Assembly: GCA_964414595.1 (NCBI GenBank)
Contig: CAYPXJ010000001.1
Coordinates: forward strand, 53,443 to 113,145
Direction: 5' to 3'
Length of the DNA stretch: 59,703 nt
Source: an uncultured Rickettsiales bacterium
GTDB lineage: Bacteria; Pseudomonadota; Alphaproteobacteria; Rickettsiales; CAIJLX01
Position numbers and translations under genes: made by a program. Shown piece after piece: positions 10,533-20,224 of the stretch. The notes beneath the pieces were generated by a model. The model saw only the letters and a list, made by a program, of their open reading frames with translations, made no database searches and had not been told where the DNA came from. Position 1 is the stretch's first letter. The number at the start of each line of letters is the position of its first letter.

Positions 10533-10703
10533 AATTCCTACCAGACCAAATCGCGCGCCTGGCATTATTTATTCGCACATACGCTTCCGCGTATCGTGCA
10601 GGGCTGCGCTACGCCCCGAATTCCTACCAGACCAAATCGCGCGCCTGGCATTATTTATTCGCACATACGCTTCCGCGTATCGTGCAGGGCTGCGCTACGC
10701 CCC
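10516..10703. repeat. Perfect tandem repeat, 86-bp unit x2 plus a 16-nt third copy. Each unit is the tRNA-Pro(CGG) 5' 17 nt plus a 69-nt upstream module.
   Basis: 10516-10601 and 10602-10687 are identical. 10688-10703 repeats only ggctgcgctacgcccc, which is tRNA positions 2-17 on the other strand. Confidence 0.9.
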
Positions 10704-10954
10704 TCGCTCACGCTTGCGTGAGAATACCTAAAACAAGCGCGTGTTTCATACAGAAACTACCCCCTAAATCCAAGTTATTTCTTTTTCAATTTGAGAGGGA
10801 GCAATCGAGAACGTAATTTTTAAAATTTTTCGTGCGATACAATATTTGGTAGTGGGATGCTTAAAAACCGCAGCAACTAGCCCATTTCAGCAGATTGTGG
10901 CTCCCAAATTGATAGTCCGTACTGTCAATTTGAGAGCCCCTCTCATAATGAGAT

Positions 10955-13129
10955 TTACGCATAAATATCCGGCTTAATCAGCAAATTGCCTCTTACGCGG
11001 CCGCGCGAGCCCTTCGGTGTCGCCGTTTCTTCGTAAATATGAATGAAACGGTGGTGATCGCGCCCGCCAATATAGTTGTAATTCGCATTGCTGCCGGTTG
11101 CGTCGCAATTACCCAAAGATGTCGGGAAATAATTGCTATCCAAATCGGCATCTGCACCCGTAACGTCATTTGCCCCCGCGCTGAAATCCACATCGACGTT
11201 TGCATCGTAAACACCGTAATCGGAGTTTACTTCCGCCGCATCTGCCGTTGCGAGTGCGTTGATGGAGTTTGTATTGGCTTTGCAGGCAATGCCGCGCAGA
11301 TTCATCACCGCAGCGGGTTCACCGCAGGCAAACGCGCTGGAGCTATTCAAGATCGTCAGGCCCAGATACGCAAATGTTTTGCCCGTTCCCGAGGTGATGT
11401 TATTAAAACGCACCGCTTCGTTTGCGCCGTCGATGAGGTTAGGGCCGTACGAAAGACTATTCACGTTCGTATTCGGAAATAGGCCGCGCCCTGTACCCGC
11501 CGAGATATGATTGCCTTCGATAACATGCACATTTCGGCTGGATAAAGTCGGCGCGAATACCGCAGCGAAGGAGGATTGCTGCGTGGTCGCGTTAAAGCGA
11601 TTAAACAAACATTGCCAATCGGGCGTCTCTCCCACAGAAGAGTTTTCGTTCGTGCCCCACACGCGCGTGCAGCCATAGTAGTTGGAGTTTTTCCAGCCCG
11701 TTATCTGCACCGCAGAGGCGCCGGCATCTGCTTTCACCCAATAACACCAGTTGGTCTCCGTGGTGCCGCCATTGGCAAAAATATTAATACCGCCGCCGGT
11801 AAGCTCAGAGAAATAACCGCCGATAATAGTGAGATCCAAATAATTATGGGTGGTGAAACATTGATCATTAAAGGCGGTGCCGGGACGTGTGCCCTGACAT
11901 TTAAGATAAACCGCATCGATATCTTTGGATGCGCTGTTACTGCTGCCGAAAGCCGACCAGCAATCACCTTTGGAATCTTTGGCAACGCACTTATGAAATA
12001 ACCAGGAGACATTCGTTTGCGAAAGCTGGGTTCCCATCAGCACAAGCCCTACGCCGCTGGCAGAGCTTGCCGAATCACGCCACACGATATTTTCCGCGCG
12101 CAGCATGCCCGCATCCCATCGCCAGGAATCGCTGGCCTGGCTGTAATCAAATGCAAAATTACGCATCCAGAAAGGTTGGGTCATGCCGCCTTGACCGGAA
12201 TGTGTCCAGCAACTGGCTGCGGTCCCCACTTTGATGGCGCTGTTCGGCCCGGAGCCTTCCAGAATAATGCCTTCCGGCCCTTTTCTGCCCGCGGCAATAT
12301 TCGCCGTCCAGTTGGAACTTTGAAACGCGGCGTTAGGCAACGTAATGGTCGAATCCGGCAACAATAATCTATCGCCCGCAACGGCGATGGCCGCCTTTGC
12401 CACAAAATCCGTGCCGTCGGAAATATTATAGGTGGTGCCTGTAACCGCAGGGAAGGCAATAGCATAAGTTTGCTTCACACCACCAATCTGCGTGCCTACC
12501 GGCGCTGTGATGCTGATCGCTGTACCATCGAGCGTTCCCAGCGCGATGTAACGATGCGCGCAGGTCACATTGATATCGTAGCCATCGACAATATACCAAC
12601 CAATCGGCGACCAGTTCACACCGTCCGGCGATTCTTTCACAAAGACATCTTTGCGGCTGCCGAATGTGCTGATTTTGAACTGGCGCGCATCGCTGGCCAG
12701 GCTTGCCGAAAAGACGATATGCGGCTGCGCGGGTTGCCAATCCTGAGGATGAATATCATCGGCATTAGCGGTGCCGCTGGCGCCGCTCGGCGCTGTAAAG
12801 TTGGCCGGCGTGCGCATACCGCACAGGGTCAGCGCAATCGCTTCGCTATCACTACCGATCGCGATAGTTTCACCCGGTGTTGCCGTAAGCATCAAGCGGT
12901 CGCACTGATAGACCCGGATTTTTTTCACCGCGGCGCTGCCGATTTTTACATAGAGAAAAAATGCGAGATCCCTCCGTACACGAAATCCGGTGTAAATACA
13001 CACAGCATTCGCGCCAGAAGGCACGATGAATTTTGTGGCGCTTGGCGTTTGCGTGATATCGGTTTGAATTGTGGAAAGCGTAAATACGCTGGTTTTTTGA
13101 CGTGAAAGTACATGCAAAAGATGGCCCAT
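10955..13129 (-). CDS. Hypothetical 724-aa protein, probably a right-handed parallel beta-helix (tailspike / polysaccharide-lyase-like fold). No family recognised.
   Basis: Long ORF with a strong RBS (AAGGAG 5 nt upstream of the ATG). Composition is G/S/T/N/A-rich with many Trp and Cys. Repetitive short beta-strand-like blocks occur (IILEGSGPNSAIKVG, NVHVIEGNHISAGTGRG, GGINIFANGG). No signal peptide is evident. Confidence 0.6.
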   Translation of the reverse strand: MGHLLHVLSRQKTSVFTLSTIQTDITQTPSATKFIVPSGANAVCIYTGFRVRRDLAFFLYVKIGSAAVKKIRVYQCDRLMLTATPGETIAIGSDSEAIALTLCGMRTPANFTAPSGASGTANADDIHPQDWQPAQPHIVFSASLASDARQFKISTFGSRKDVFVKESPDGVNWSPIGWYIVDGYDINVTCAHRYIALGTLDGTAISITAPVGTQIGGVKQTYAIAFPAVTGTTYNISDGTDFVAKAAIAVAGDRLLLPDSTITLPNAAFQSSNWTANIAAGRKGPEGIILEGSGPNSAIKVGTAASCWTHSGQGGMTQPFWMRNFAFDYSQASDSWRWDAGMLRAENIVWRDSASSASGVGLVLMGTQLSQTNVSWLFHKCVAKDSKGDCWSAFGSSNSASKDIDAVYLKCQGTRPGTAFNDQCFTTHNYLDLTIIGGYFSELTGGGINIFANGGTTETNWCYWVKADAGASAVQITGWKNSNYYGCTRVWGTNENSSVGETPDWQCLFNRFNATTQQSSFAAVFAPTLSSRNVHVIEGNHISAGTGRGLFPNTNVNSLSYGPNLIDGANEAVRFNNITSGTGKTFAYLGLTILNSSSAFACGEPAAVMNLRGIACKANTNSINALATADAAEVNSDYGVYDANVDVDFSAGANDVTGADADLDSNYFPTSLGNCDATGSNANYNYIGGRDHHRFIHIYEETATPKGSRGRVRGNLLIKPDIYA

Positions 13130-13185
13130 AAATCTCCTTGGTTATGAGCCAAGCTTATGCAGAGTCGAAAAACCCGGAAGGGGGG

Positions 13186-15039
13186 TTACTTTACAGGATG
13201 GATATACGCCTGCCACGCGCGGCGATACGCCGCTTCCAGATTGCGCGCAAATCGCGGCGCGTCGCATAAAGGTGAGGCAAGCACGCGCGGTCGTAACGTA
13301 CTGCGCAACTCACGCAGCGCCTCGCTGTTCGACGCATATTCCACGGCCTTGGCGATATATTCTTCGGCGGAATGCGCCACCCAATCCTGCAATGCGACGG
13401 CGCTGAGCAGCGACGCACCCAACCGACTGAGAAATGTATCACCTGCGAGCGCGAGCACCGGCACACCCATCCACAACGCTTCCACCGTCGTCGTGCCGCC
13501 GTTATATGGAAATGTATCCAAGATGATATCGACCTGATGATAGGTTTTGAAATATTCCTGCCGTTTGCTTACCCCCTCAAAAATCAACCGCGACTCGGGA
13601 ATATTCTGCTCCGCGAAGAGCGTGACGAATCGCGCACGCACGCCTGCGTCGGTCCATTGCTTGCCTTTGAAACAGAACTGCGCGTGAGGAATTTTTTGCA
13701 AAATCTCGGCATAGATCTTCACCATCGCCGGCGTAATTTTCGCGATATTATTAAAGCAGCCGAACGTAAACGGGCCCTCACCACGCGCAGGCGCGATAGC
13801 AATTTCCGGCGGCGTAAAACACAAAAAACTATCGGGCAGACGCAGCGGCGCTTCGGTATAAAATTTTTCTTGTTGCGGCGGAATCGTCAGGCCGTCGCAG
13901 ATAATATAATCCATCGCTTTCATTCCGAGCGTATCGAGATAACCAATCCAACTCGCCTGAATCGCCGCGGGTTTGCGCGCGAAAATACCGAGGCGATTGC
14001 CCTCCGTATGGCCGGATAAATCGATAAGAACATCGATCTGATCGTCGCGGATAATGTGTGCGGCGGCGTCATCGCTGACGTCAAAAATGTTGCGCCAATG
14101 ATCGCTCGATTGCTGCAAACGCTGCGTGATTTCCTGCACGATATTCTGGTTCGCGTAGCAGAAAATCTCCACCTGCTTTTTATCATGCGCGGCCAAAACC
14201 GACTCCATAAAATAACCGATAGGGTGGTTTTTAAAATCACCGGAAACATAACCGATGCGCAGGCGCCGCGCCGGATCGCGATCAAATGTCAATCCACCCA
14301 TCTGCACATTTTCCGGCGCGAAACGCGCAGCCCATTCCAACGCGTGCGCATGAAGAGTCGCAGGATCATTTTCCTGATAATGCAGCATCAGCAAAAAATT
14401 ACTGAACGCATTTCCATCATTCGGATTCAGGCGTTTTGCCTCGGCGCACGCAGCAAGCGCTTCGGCAATTCGCCCCTGCTCGCGTAGCGCATGGCTCAGA
14501 TTATAATGCGCCTGCGCATGCGTTGGCTCGAGCGCAATGGCTTTGCGATACGCCGCTTCCGCCTGCATAATTTGCGCGTCTTCCAAATACGCATTGCCGA
14601 GATTATTCCAAATTTCTGCATCCGGCCTCACCTGCGATGCGCGGAGGTAATGCGCAATCGCCTCGGAAAGCTTGCCCTGTTTTTTGCAGATATTGCCGAG
14701 ATTATAGAGCGCTTCCGGGTTCTGCGGCTGCAGATGAATACTATAGCGATACGCGCTTTCCGCTAAATCCGCCTTACCAACCGCCTCGAACACCAGGCCG
14801 AGATTGGAATAGATCGTGGCATTCTCGGGAGTCAGCGAAACGGCTTTTGAAATCAGCGGCAATGCTTCCTGAAAGCGGCCTAGCTGATACGCCACAATAC
14901 CCAAATGATGGAGCGCCTCGGGCTGTTCGGGCGCTGCGGCCAAAATTGACTGATAGATATTTGCCGCGTCTTGCAGCTTTCCCGCGCGCAGATAATTGTG
15001 ACCTTCGGCAAGCGCCGCAGATAGATTTTTAGCATTCAT
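13186..15039 (-). CDS. TPR-repeat protein fused to a GT41-family (OGT/SPINDLY-like) glycosyltransferase domain
   Basis: 617 aa. The N-terminal ~220 aa hold several 34-aa TPR units (AxxxYxxAL..P....A..NLG). The C-terminal part has GT41 signature blocks: GYVSGDFKNHPIGYF, DLSGHTEGNRLGIFARKPAAIQASWIGY and DTFPYNGGTTTVEALWMGVPVL. Confidence 0.85.
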   Translation of the reverse strand: MNAKNLSAALAEGHNYLRAGKLQDAANIYQSILAAAPEQPEALHHLGIVAYQLGRFQEALPLISKAVSLTPENATIYSNLGLVFEAVGKADLAESAYRYSIHLQPQNPEALYNLGNICKKQGKLSEAIAHYLRASQVRPDAEIWNNLGNAYLEDAQIMQAEAAYRKAIALEPTHAQAHYNLSHALREQGRIAEALAACAEAKRLNPNDGNAFSNFLLMLHYQENDPATLHAHALEWAARFAPENVQMGGLTFDRDPARRLRIGYVSGDFKNHPIGYFMESVLAAHDKKQVEIFCYANQNIVQEITQRLQQSSDHWRNIFDVSDDAAAHIIRDDQIDVLIDLSGHTEGNRLGIFARKPAAIQASWIGYLDTLGMKAMDYIICDGLTIPPQQEKFYTEAPLRLPDSFLCFTPPEIAIAPARGEGPFTFGCFNNIAKITPAMVKIYAEILQKIPHAQFCFKGKQWTDAGVRARFVTLFAEQNIPESRLIFEGVSKRQEYFKTYHQVDIILDTFPYNGGTTTVEALWMGVPVLALAGDTFLSRLGASLLSAVALQDWVAHSAEEYIAKAVEYASNSEALRELRSTLRPRVLASPLCDAPRFARNLEAAYRRAWQAYIHPVK

Positions 15040-15215
15040 GAAAAGAAACTATGCGGTTTGAAAACCCGTGTCATGCCAAATCGCGCTTTTGGTTTGAGGA
15101 TGATGAAGAGAGGATTGACTCGGGTTTACTAACCCTCGCCCTTCGGGCGGCTTCGCCGTCCAAATCGTTTACTAACGATTTGTCGAACTCCGAGGAGGTT
15201 CGTATTTCACCTAAA

Positions 15216-15252
15216 CCATCTACTTAAGCAGTGCTAGCACTGCTTAAGTAGA

Positions 15253-15255
<3 letters not shown>
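15216..15255 (-). terminator. Perfect 40-bp palindrome abutting and overlapping the 3' CCA of tRNA-Pro(UGG); likely an intrinsic terminator or processing hairpin
   Basis: ccatctacttaagcagtgct|agcactgcttaagtagatgg is its own reverse complement. On the minus strand it is followed by TTTAGG. Confidence 0.6.
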
Positions 15256-15507
<252 letters not shown>

Positions 15508-15590
15508 AAAGAGAACTATAAAATGAAGCGGGCGATGCAATAGCAGGAAATTTCTTGCACCGCAACTTCTGCATTGTGTATGGTCGCCGA

Positions 15591-16253
15591 ATGTCTACCG
15601 TTTCCGAAGAATTGTTCACCCGCATCTACAAAGAACACGCCTGGGGCGGAGAGAGTCTGAGCGGCACCGGCTCGGATTTACCCATCACCGCGCAACTCCG
15701 CGTGCGCTTAGCGTTTCTGATTAAAATGCTTGGTATTAAAACGCTTTGCGACGTGCCCTGCGGTGATTTTCATTGGATGAAGGAAGTGGATCTGTCGGGC
15801 GTTGATTATCTGGGTGCGGACATCGTCCCTGCGATGATTGAGAAAAACCAAAAAGATTACGGCTCGGCGGCACGGAAATTTATACATCTGGACGTGGTAA
15901 AAGAATCGCCGCCGCCCGTCGATTTGATTTTCTGCAAAGATTTATTTCTGCATTTATCCCTCGCGGAAGTCCGCACGGTGCTTGGAAATTTCAAGAAAAG
16001 CGGTGCGACGTATTTGCTGGCGAATAGTTTGCTTTTACCGGTTTTCCCTACAAAACAGGGCCTGATACGAATGAATCTGAAAGGCATAAACGCCGATTTT
16101 CCCGACCTCGCTGATCCCGAAGCGCGGATGTATGGCCGCAATGTGAGTTTGCTTGATCCGCCATTTTCGCTGCCTGAGCCGTTGCTCGTTTTATTGTGGA
16201 ACGAAGTGGGCGTACATTTTTGCCTATGGCGGCTGGCCGACTTAAATCTCTAA
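15591..16253 (+). CDS. Class I SAM-dependent methyltransferase
   Basis: LCDVPCGDFHWM (motif I-like), YLGADIV, FIHLDVV and DLIFCKDLFLHL. The track ORF starts at TTG 15555. ATG 15591 (MSTVSEE...) is the more likely start. Confidence 0.6.
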   Translation: MSTVSEELFTRIYKEHAWGGESLSGTGSDLPITAQLRVRLAFLIKMLGIKTLCDVPCGDFHWMKEVDLSGVDYLGADIVPAMIEKNQKDYGSAARKFIHLDVVKESPPPVDLIFCKDLFLHLSLAEVRTVLGNFKKSGATYLLANSLLLPVFPTKQGLIRMNLKGINADFPDLADPEARMYGRNVSLLDPPFSLPEPLLVLLWNEVGVHFCLWRLADLNL

Positions 16254-17248
16254 GCGTGCTTTAAATACGCGTCCGCCTGCGCCACAAGCTCATCAATAAT
16301 CTCCTGCACCGATTGTTCCTGCGTCACCATGCCGACACTTTGGCCCGCCATCAGCGAACCACGCTCGACATCGCCGTCAATCACCGCGCGACGCAGCGCA
16401 CCCGCCCAGAAATGCTCGATTTTCAGCTGCGCTTCTTCCTTAGTGAGTTTACCGGCGCGGAATTCTGCAATCGTTTCACGCTGCGTTTCCATGAAATCCC
16501 GCGTGGCGGCATTTTCCAGCGCACGCACCGGAATCACCGGAAAATCCGGGTCTAATTGCACTGAGGGCGTTGCTTCGCGCGCACTTGCTTTGATGAACGC
16601 ACGTTTGAAATTCGGATGCGCGATCGATTCATGCGCGCAGACAAAACGTGTGCCGAGCTGCACACCCGCCGCGCCCATTTCGAGATAGGCCGCAATCGCT
16701 TCGCCGCGGCCAATTCCACCGGCGACAAATACGGGCACATCCTTCACATGCGGAATAATTTCCTGCACGAGAACGGAGGTAGAAACCGGGCCAATATGAC
16801 CGCCCGCCTCCATGCCTTCAATCACGATGGCGTCGGCGCCGGAGCGAATCAATTTCTTTGCGATCACGAGCGCGGGCGCGAAACAAATTACCTTGCGCCC
16901 GGCATCTTTTATTTTTTGAATGTCTTTTGCTTTTGGCAAACCACCTGCAAGCACGACATGCGAAATATTGGTGGCCAGACACACATCGATCAGCGCCTCA
17001 AGTTGCGGGTGCATCGTGATGAGATTCACACCGAACGGTTTTTGTGTTTTTGCCTGCGTCGCTTCAATTTCTTTTTTCAAAAGTTCCGGCGGCATCGAGC
17101 CGCACGCAATCACGCCAAATCCACCGGCATTGGAAATTGCCGCGACCAAATTGCGCTCGGAAACCCAACTCATCGCGCCGCCTAAAATCGCGTATTTCGT
17201 GCCGAGAAAATCCGCGCCGCGCTTCCAAAGTGCTGCAAGAGATGTCAT
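16250..17248 (-). CDS. NAD(P)H-dependent flavin oxidoreductase, nitronate monooxygenase / FabK-like family
   Basis: 332 aa. The blocks GGAMSWVS...AAISNAGGFGVI, EGMEAGGHIGP, AGGIGRG and GAAGVQLGTRF are typical of the family. It ends in TAG. Confidence 0.8.
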   Translation of the reverse strand: MTSLAALWKRGADFLGTKYAILGGAMSWVSERNLVAAISNAGGFGVIACGSMPPELLKKEIEATQAKTQKPFGVNLITMHPQLEALIDVCLATNISHVVLAGGLPKAKDIQKIKDAGRKVICFAPALVIAKKLIRSGADAIVIEGMEAGGHIGPVSTSVLVQEIIPHVKDVPVFVAGGIGRGEAIAAYLEMGAAGVQLGTRFVCAHESIAHPNFKRAFIKASAREATPSVQLDPDFPVIPVRALENAATRDFMETQRETIAEFRAGKLTKEEAQLKIEHFWAGALRRAVIDGDVERGSLMAGQSVGMVTQEQSVQEIIDELVAQADAYLKHA

Positions 17249-17251
17249 GAA

Positions 17252-18406
17252 TTACGGCAGAATTTTGCAGGTGAGCGGCGGGAAACCATTAAACCCAACG
17301 GAGGAATAGGTCGTGGTGTAGGCGCCGGCATTCAGGAAATAAAGCTTATCGCCTACGCCAAGCGTTTTCGGCAGGTAATATTCCGTTTCTTCGTAGATGA
17401 TATCGATGCTATCGCAGGTCGGGCCGGCGAGAATCACGCGGCCGCATTCGCCTTCGTCTTCCCGGCCCTTGGTCGTCGTGATTTTATATTGAATCGCTTC
17501 CGCTTCGGTGAGGCCACTGAATTTGCCGATATCGAGATACACCCAACGCGTATCACCCATTTCTTTGTTGCGCGAAATCAGCAGCACTTCGGACTGAATC
17601 GCACCCGCTTCCGCTACCATATAACGCCCCGGCTCCATCATCAGATGCAGTTTTTTATTTGGGAAATGACGCTCCACCGATTCATGAATCGCCTCGGCAA
17701 AATCCTCAATGGGCGGCACCGGCGTGCGGTACGGCACAGGGAAACCGCCGCCCAAATTCAGCGCCTGCAATTCAATGCCTTCGGAAAGCACATCGTCATA
17801 CACCGCCTGCGCAAGCGATATAGAAGCAAAATATGGCTCGGTAATGGTTTGCTGCGAACCCACGTGGAAGGAAATGCCATACGGCGTTAAACCGCGCGCT
17901 TTTGCGTTCACCATCATCTCGAGCGCCACATCGCGCGTGCAACCAAATTTTTTGGAAAGCGGCCAGCCAGCACTAAATTCACCACCCACGCGAATGCGCG
18001 CAAAAATCTTCGCACCCGGAGCATTCTGGGCAATTTTCTCAAGTTCTAACAACGAGTCGCAGGCATACATTTCTACGCCCGCTTCATGCGCGAAACGAAT
18101 ATCCTCCGCGCGTTTGATCGTATTGCCGAAAATAATATCGGTCGGTTTTGCTCCGGCTTTCAGCACCATTTCGATTTCCGCGCGCGAGGCGGAATCAAAT
18201 TTTGAGCCGAGTTTGGCAAGCAGCGCCAGAATCTCCGGCGCGGGATTTGCCTTCACCGCATAATGGCAATGAATATCCGGCATCGCCTTTTTAAGTTTGT
18301 TAAACTGCGCTTCTACGCGCGCCAGATCCAGCACAAGAACCGGACCATCATGGCGATGATTCTTGAGATAATCTTGTATTTTCGATGGAAGACCTATATC
18401 AATCAT
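17252..18406 (-). CDS. Group IV PLP-dependent decarboxylase (ornithine/lysine decarboxylase-like)
   Basis: 384 aa. HYAVKANP (PLP-Lys motif), FDSASRAEI, GISFHVGSQ, LNLGGGFP and EPGRY. Confidence 0.85.
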   Translation of the reverse strand: MIDIGLPSKIQDYLKNHRHDGPVLVLDLARVEAQFNKLKKAMPDIHCHYAVKANPAPEILALLAKLGSKFDSASRAEIEMVLKAGAKPTDIIFGNTIKRAEDIRFAHEAGVEMYACDSLLELEKIAQNAPGAKIFARIRVGGEFSAGWPLSKKFGCTRDVALEMMVNAKARGLTPYGISFHVGSQQTITEPYFASISLAQAVYDDVLSEGIELQALNLGGGFPVPYRTPVPPIEDFAEAIHESVERHFPNKKLHLMMEPGRYMVAEAGAIQSEVLLISRNKEMGDTRWVYLDIGKFSGLTEAEAIQYKITTTKGREDEGECGRVILAGPTCDSIDIIYEETEYYLPKTLGVGDKLYFLNAGAYTTTYSSVGFNGFPPLTCKILP

Positions 18407-18451
18407 CCGCTTTGTATAAGAAATTTTAGCCGCATCGTATAGAAAAAATTT

Positions 18452-19123
18452 ATGTGGTACGAACGACCCGAAAATCGGCCCTTTATTCCGCTCACTCCGC
18501 CAAGCGGCGACAAGCGCGTGCTAATGCACAGCTGCTGCGCGCCGTGCGCGGGCGAATTGATGGAAGCGATGCTCGATAATAATATTGAGCTGACCATTTT
18601 TTTCTATAACCCGAATATTCATCCGAAAAAAGAATATGAGATTCGGAAGAATGAAAATATCCGCTATGCAGAAAAACTCGGCATCCCTTTTGTCGATGCC
18701 GATTACGATGTGCAGGAATGGTTTGCACGCGCCAAAGGCATGGAGCGCGAGCCCGAACGCGGCGTGCGTTGCACGATGTGTTTTGATATGCGTTTTGCGC
18801 GCACCGCGCTTTATGCGCATGAGCATGGTTTCAAGGTCTATACGAGTTCGCTCGGCATTTCGCGCTGGAAAAATATGGATCAGATTAATGATTGCGGCAC
18901 ACGTATGGCGGCGGCCTATCCGGATGTAACCTACTGGGATTATAATTGGCGCAAAGAAGGCGGCGGTGCGCGTATGTATGAAATCGCCAAGCGCGAAAAT
19001 TTCTACAAACAGGAATATTGCGGCTGTATTTATAGCCTGCGCGATTCCAACGAATGGCGCGAAAAAAACGGCCGGGAAAAAATCGCCATAGGCGAACAAT
19101 ATTACGAAGAAAAAATCGCCTGA
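18452..19123 (+). CDS. queH: Epoxyqueuosine reductase QueH (DUF208 family)
   Basis: 223 aa. [25 protein letters not shown] and EYCGC are the hallmark Cys motifs. Confidence 0.8.
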   Translation: MWYERPENRPFIPLTPPSGDKRVLMHSCCAPCAGELMEAMLDNNIELTIFFYNPNIHPKKEYEIRKNENIRYAEKLGIPFVDADYDVQEWFARAKGMEREPERGVRCTMCFDMRFARTALYAHEHGFKVYTSSLGISRWKNMDQINDCGTRMAAAYPDVTYWDYNWRKEGGGARMYEIAKRENFYKQEYCGCIYSLRDSNEWREKNGREKIAIGEQYYEEKIA

Positions 19124-19291
19124 TAGGGCGGCTTTCCCAATAGATAAAATCCCGTACTTTTACCTATCCTATTGTATTTTATAGGGTTTTATACCTCTAT
19201 TTTACCCTCAACTTCTTTTCGAATTGTCACAAAAACGTCATATTCGAGGCGTAAAGTTTAATCATAAAGGTTACGTAATAGGAGAACGTAT

Positions 19292-20215
19292 ATGATTGGT
19301 AAAACATTACTTGGTGCAGGTTCATTTCTCGCAAAAAACTGGAAATCCGCACTCATCTGGACAGGTGTTGTCGGCGCGGGTACGCCGATTGTGGCCAAAG
19401 GCGCGCTTGATGCGACCGCTGGCGAAGGAAATGTAGCCTCACAATTTATACAAGACCATGTCATGGATACTCAAATTTCCTTTGCCCATAACGTTGCTTC
19501 CAACGTCGGTTACGTGGCCAACGAACTTTCCGAACCCGCACGGGATGCTTTTGCCGAAGGACTGGAAAAAGGACAGAAATCAGAATTCGAACTGCCCGCC
19601 CTTTTTGGCCAGGTAAATGCACCGGCGGTGGCTCAAGCTCAAGCCCCCGGTCAGCCGGGCCAGGCAAATGCACCGGCCGCTGCGGCACCGCATGCCGGAA
19701 ATCCGCACGCCGCGGCTCCAGGCGAAGGTTTCACTTTTGAGGGTGCGAAAGACACGGCTTATAAAGGCGCCGACAACGCCTGGGATTGGTTCTGGGATCG
19801 TTGGAACAGCGATAATAAAGCCTTCGGCCCGATGGCAACCGGCGGCGCAGGCCTTGGCCTCGTGATGCTGGGCAAACTCGGCATGCCGTTTGTAGGCAAA
19901 ATGGGCAGCGTGCTCACCGCCGGTGCGATTGGCCTTACCGGCTGGCGTATGTATTCCAACGGGCAAGAAATGCGCCACGATGTGAAAGAAGTTTTCACCG
20001 GCATCGATACGGCAGAAGTTACGATACCGCGTTCCAATAGCCTGCCAACCGTGCCTGATTTGGCACCCGGTATGCAGATTGAAAATATAGCTCAAATGCC
20101 GCCTGTCGATCAGGCATTGGCCGCACTCGGCAGCCCGATGTCTTTGGGTAAAGGCATGACGAACACGCCACCTGCACTGCCCGTTTCAAGCGGCCGCGCA
20201 CTGGCTATGAATTAG
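19292..20215 (+). CDS. Hypothetical protein (hydrophobic N-terminus, central Ala/Pro/Gln low-complexity tract, Gly-rich hydrophobic segment)
   Basis: 307-aa ORF with a good RBS (TAGGAGA). No recognisable family. Confidence 0.6.
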   Translation: MIGKTLLGAGSFLAKNWKSALIWTGVVGAGTPIVAKGALDATAGEGNVASQFIQDHVMDTQISFAHNVASNVGYVANELSEPARDAFAEGLEKGQKSEFELPALFGQVNAPAVAQAQAPGQPGQANAPAAAAPHAGNPHAAAPGEGFTFEGAKDTAYKGADNAWDWFWDRWNSDNKAFGPMATGGAGLGLVMLGKLGMPFVGKMGSVLTAGAIGLTGWRMYSNGQEMRHDVKEVFTGIDTAEVTIPRSNSLPTVPDLAPGMQIENIAQMPPVDQALAALGSPMSLGKGMTNTPPALPVSSGRALAMN

Positions 20216-20224
20216 GAGATAACT

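Noticed and set aside
10516-10703. Possible CRISPR array (regularly spaced identical 16-17-nt segments), also at 15313..15507
   Set aside because: The sequences between the short repeats are themselves identical to each other, so there are no unique spacers. The repeat is a piece of the adjacent tRNA. No cas genes are present.
10311-10816. ORF-track ORFs 10311..10721, 10490..10816 (and 15252..15437) with internally repeated peptides
   Set aside because: They run across or antisense to tRNA-Pro and simply translate the 86/89-bp tandem repeats. They have no RBS and no coding logic.
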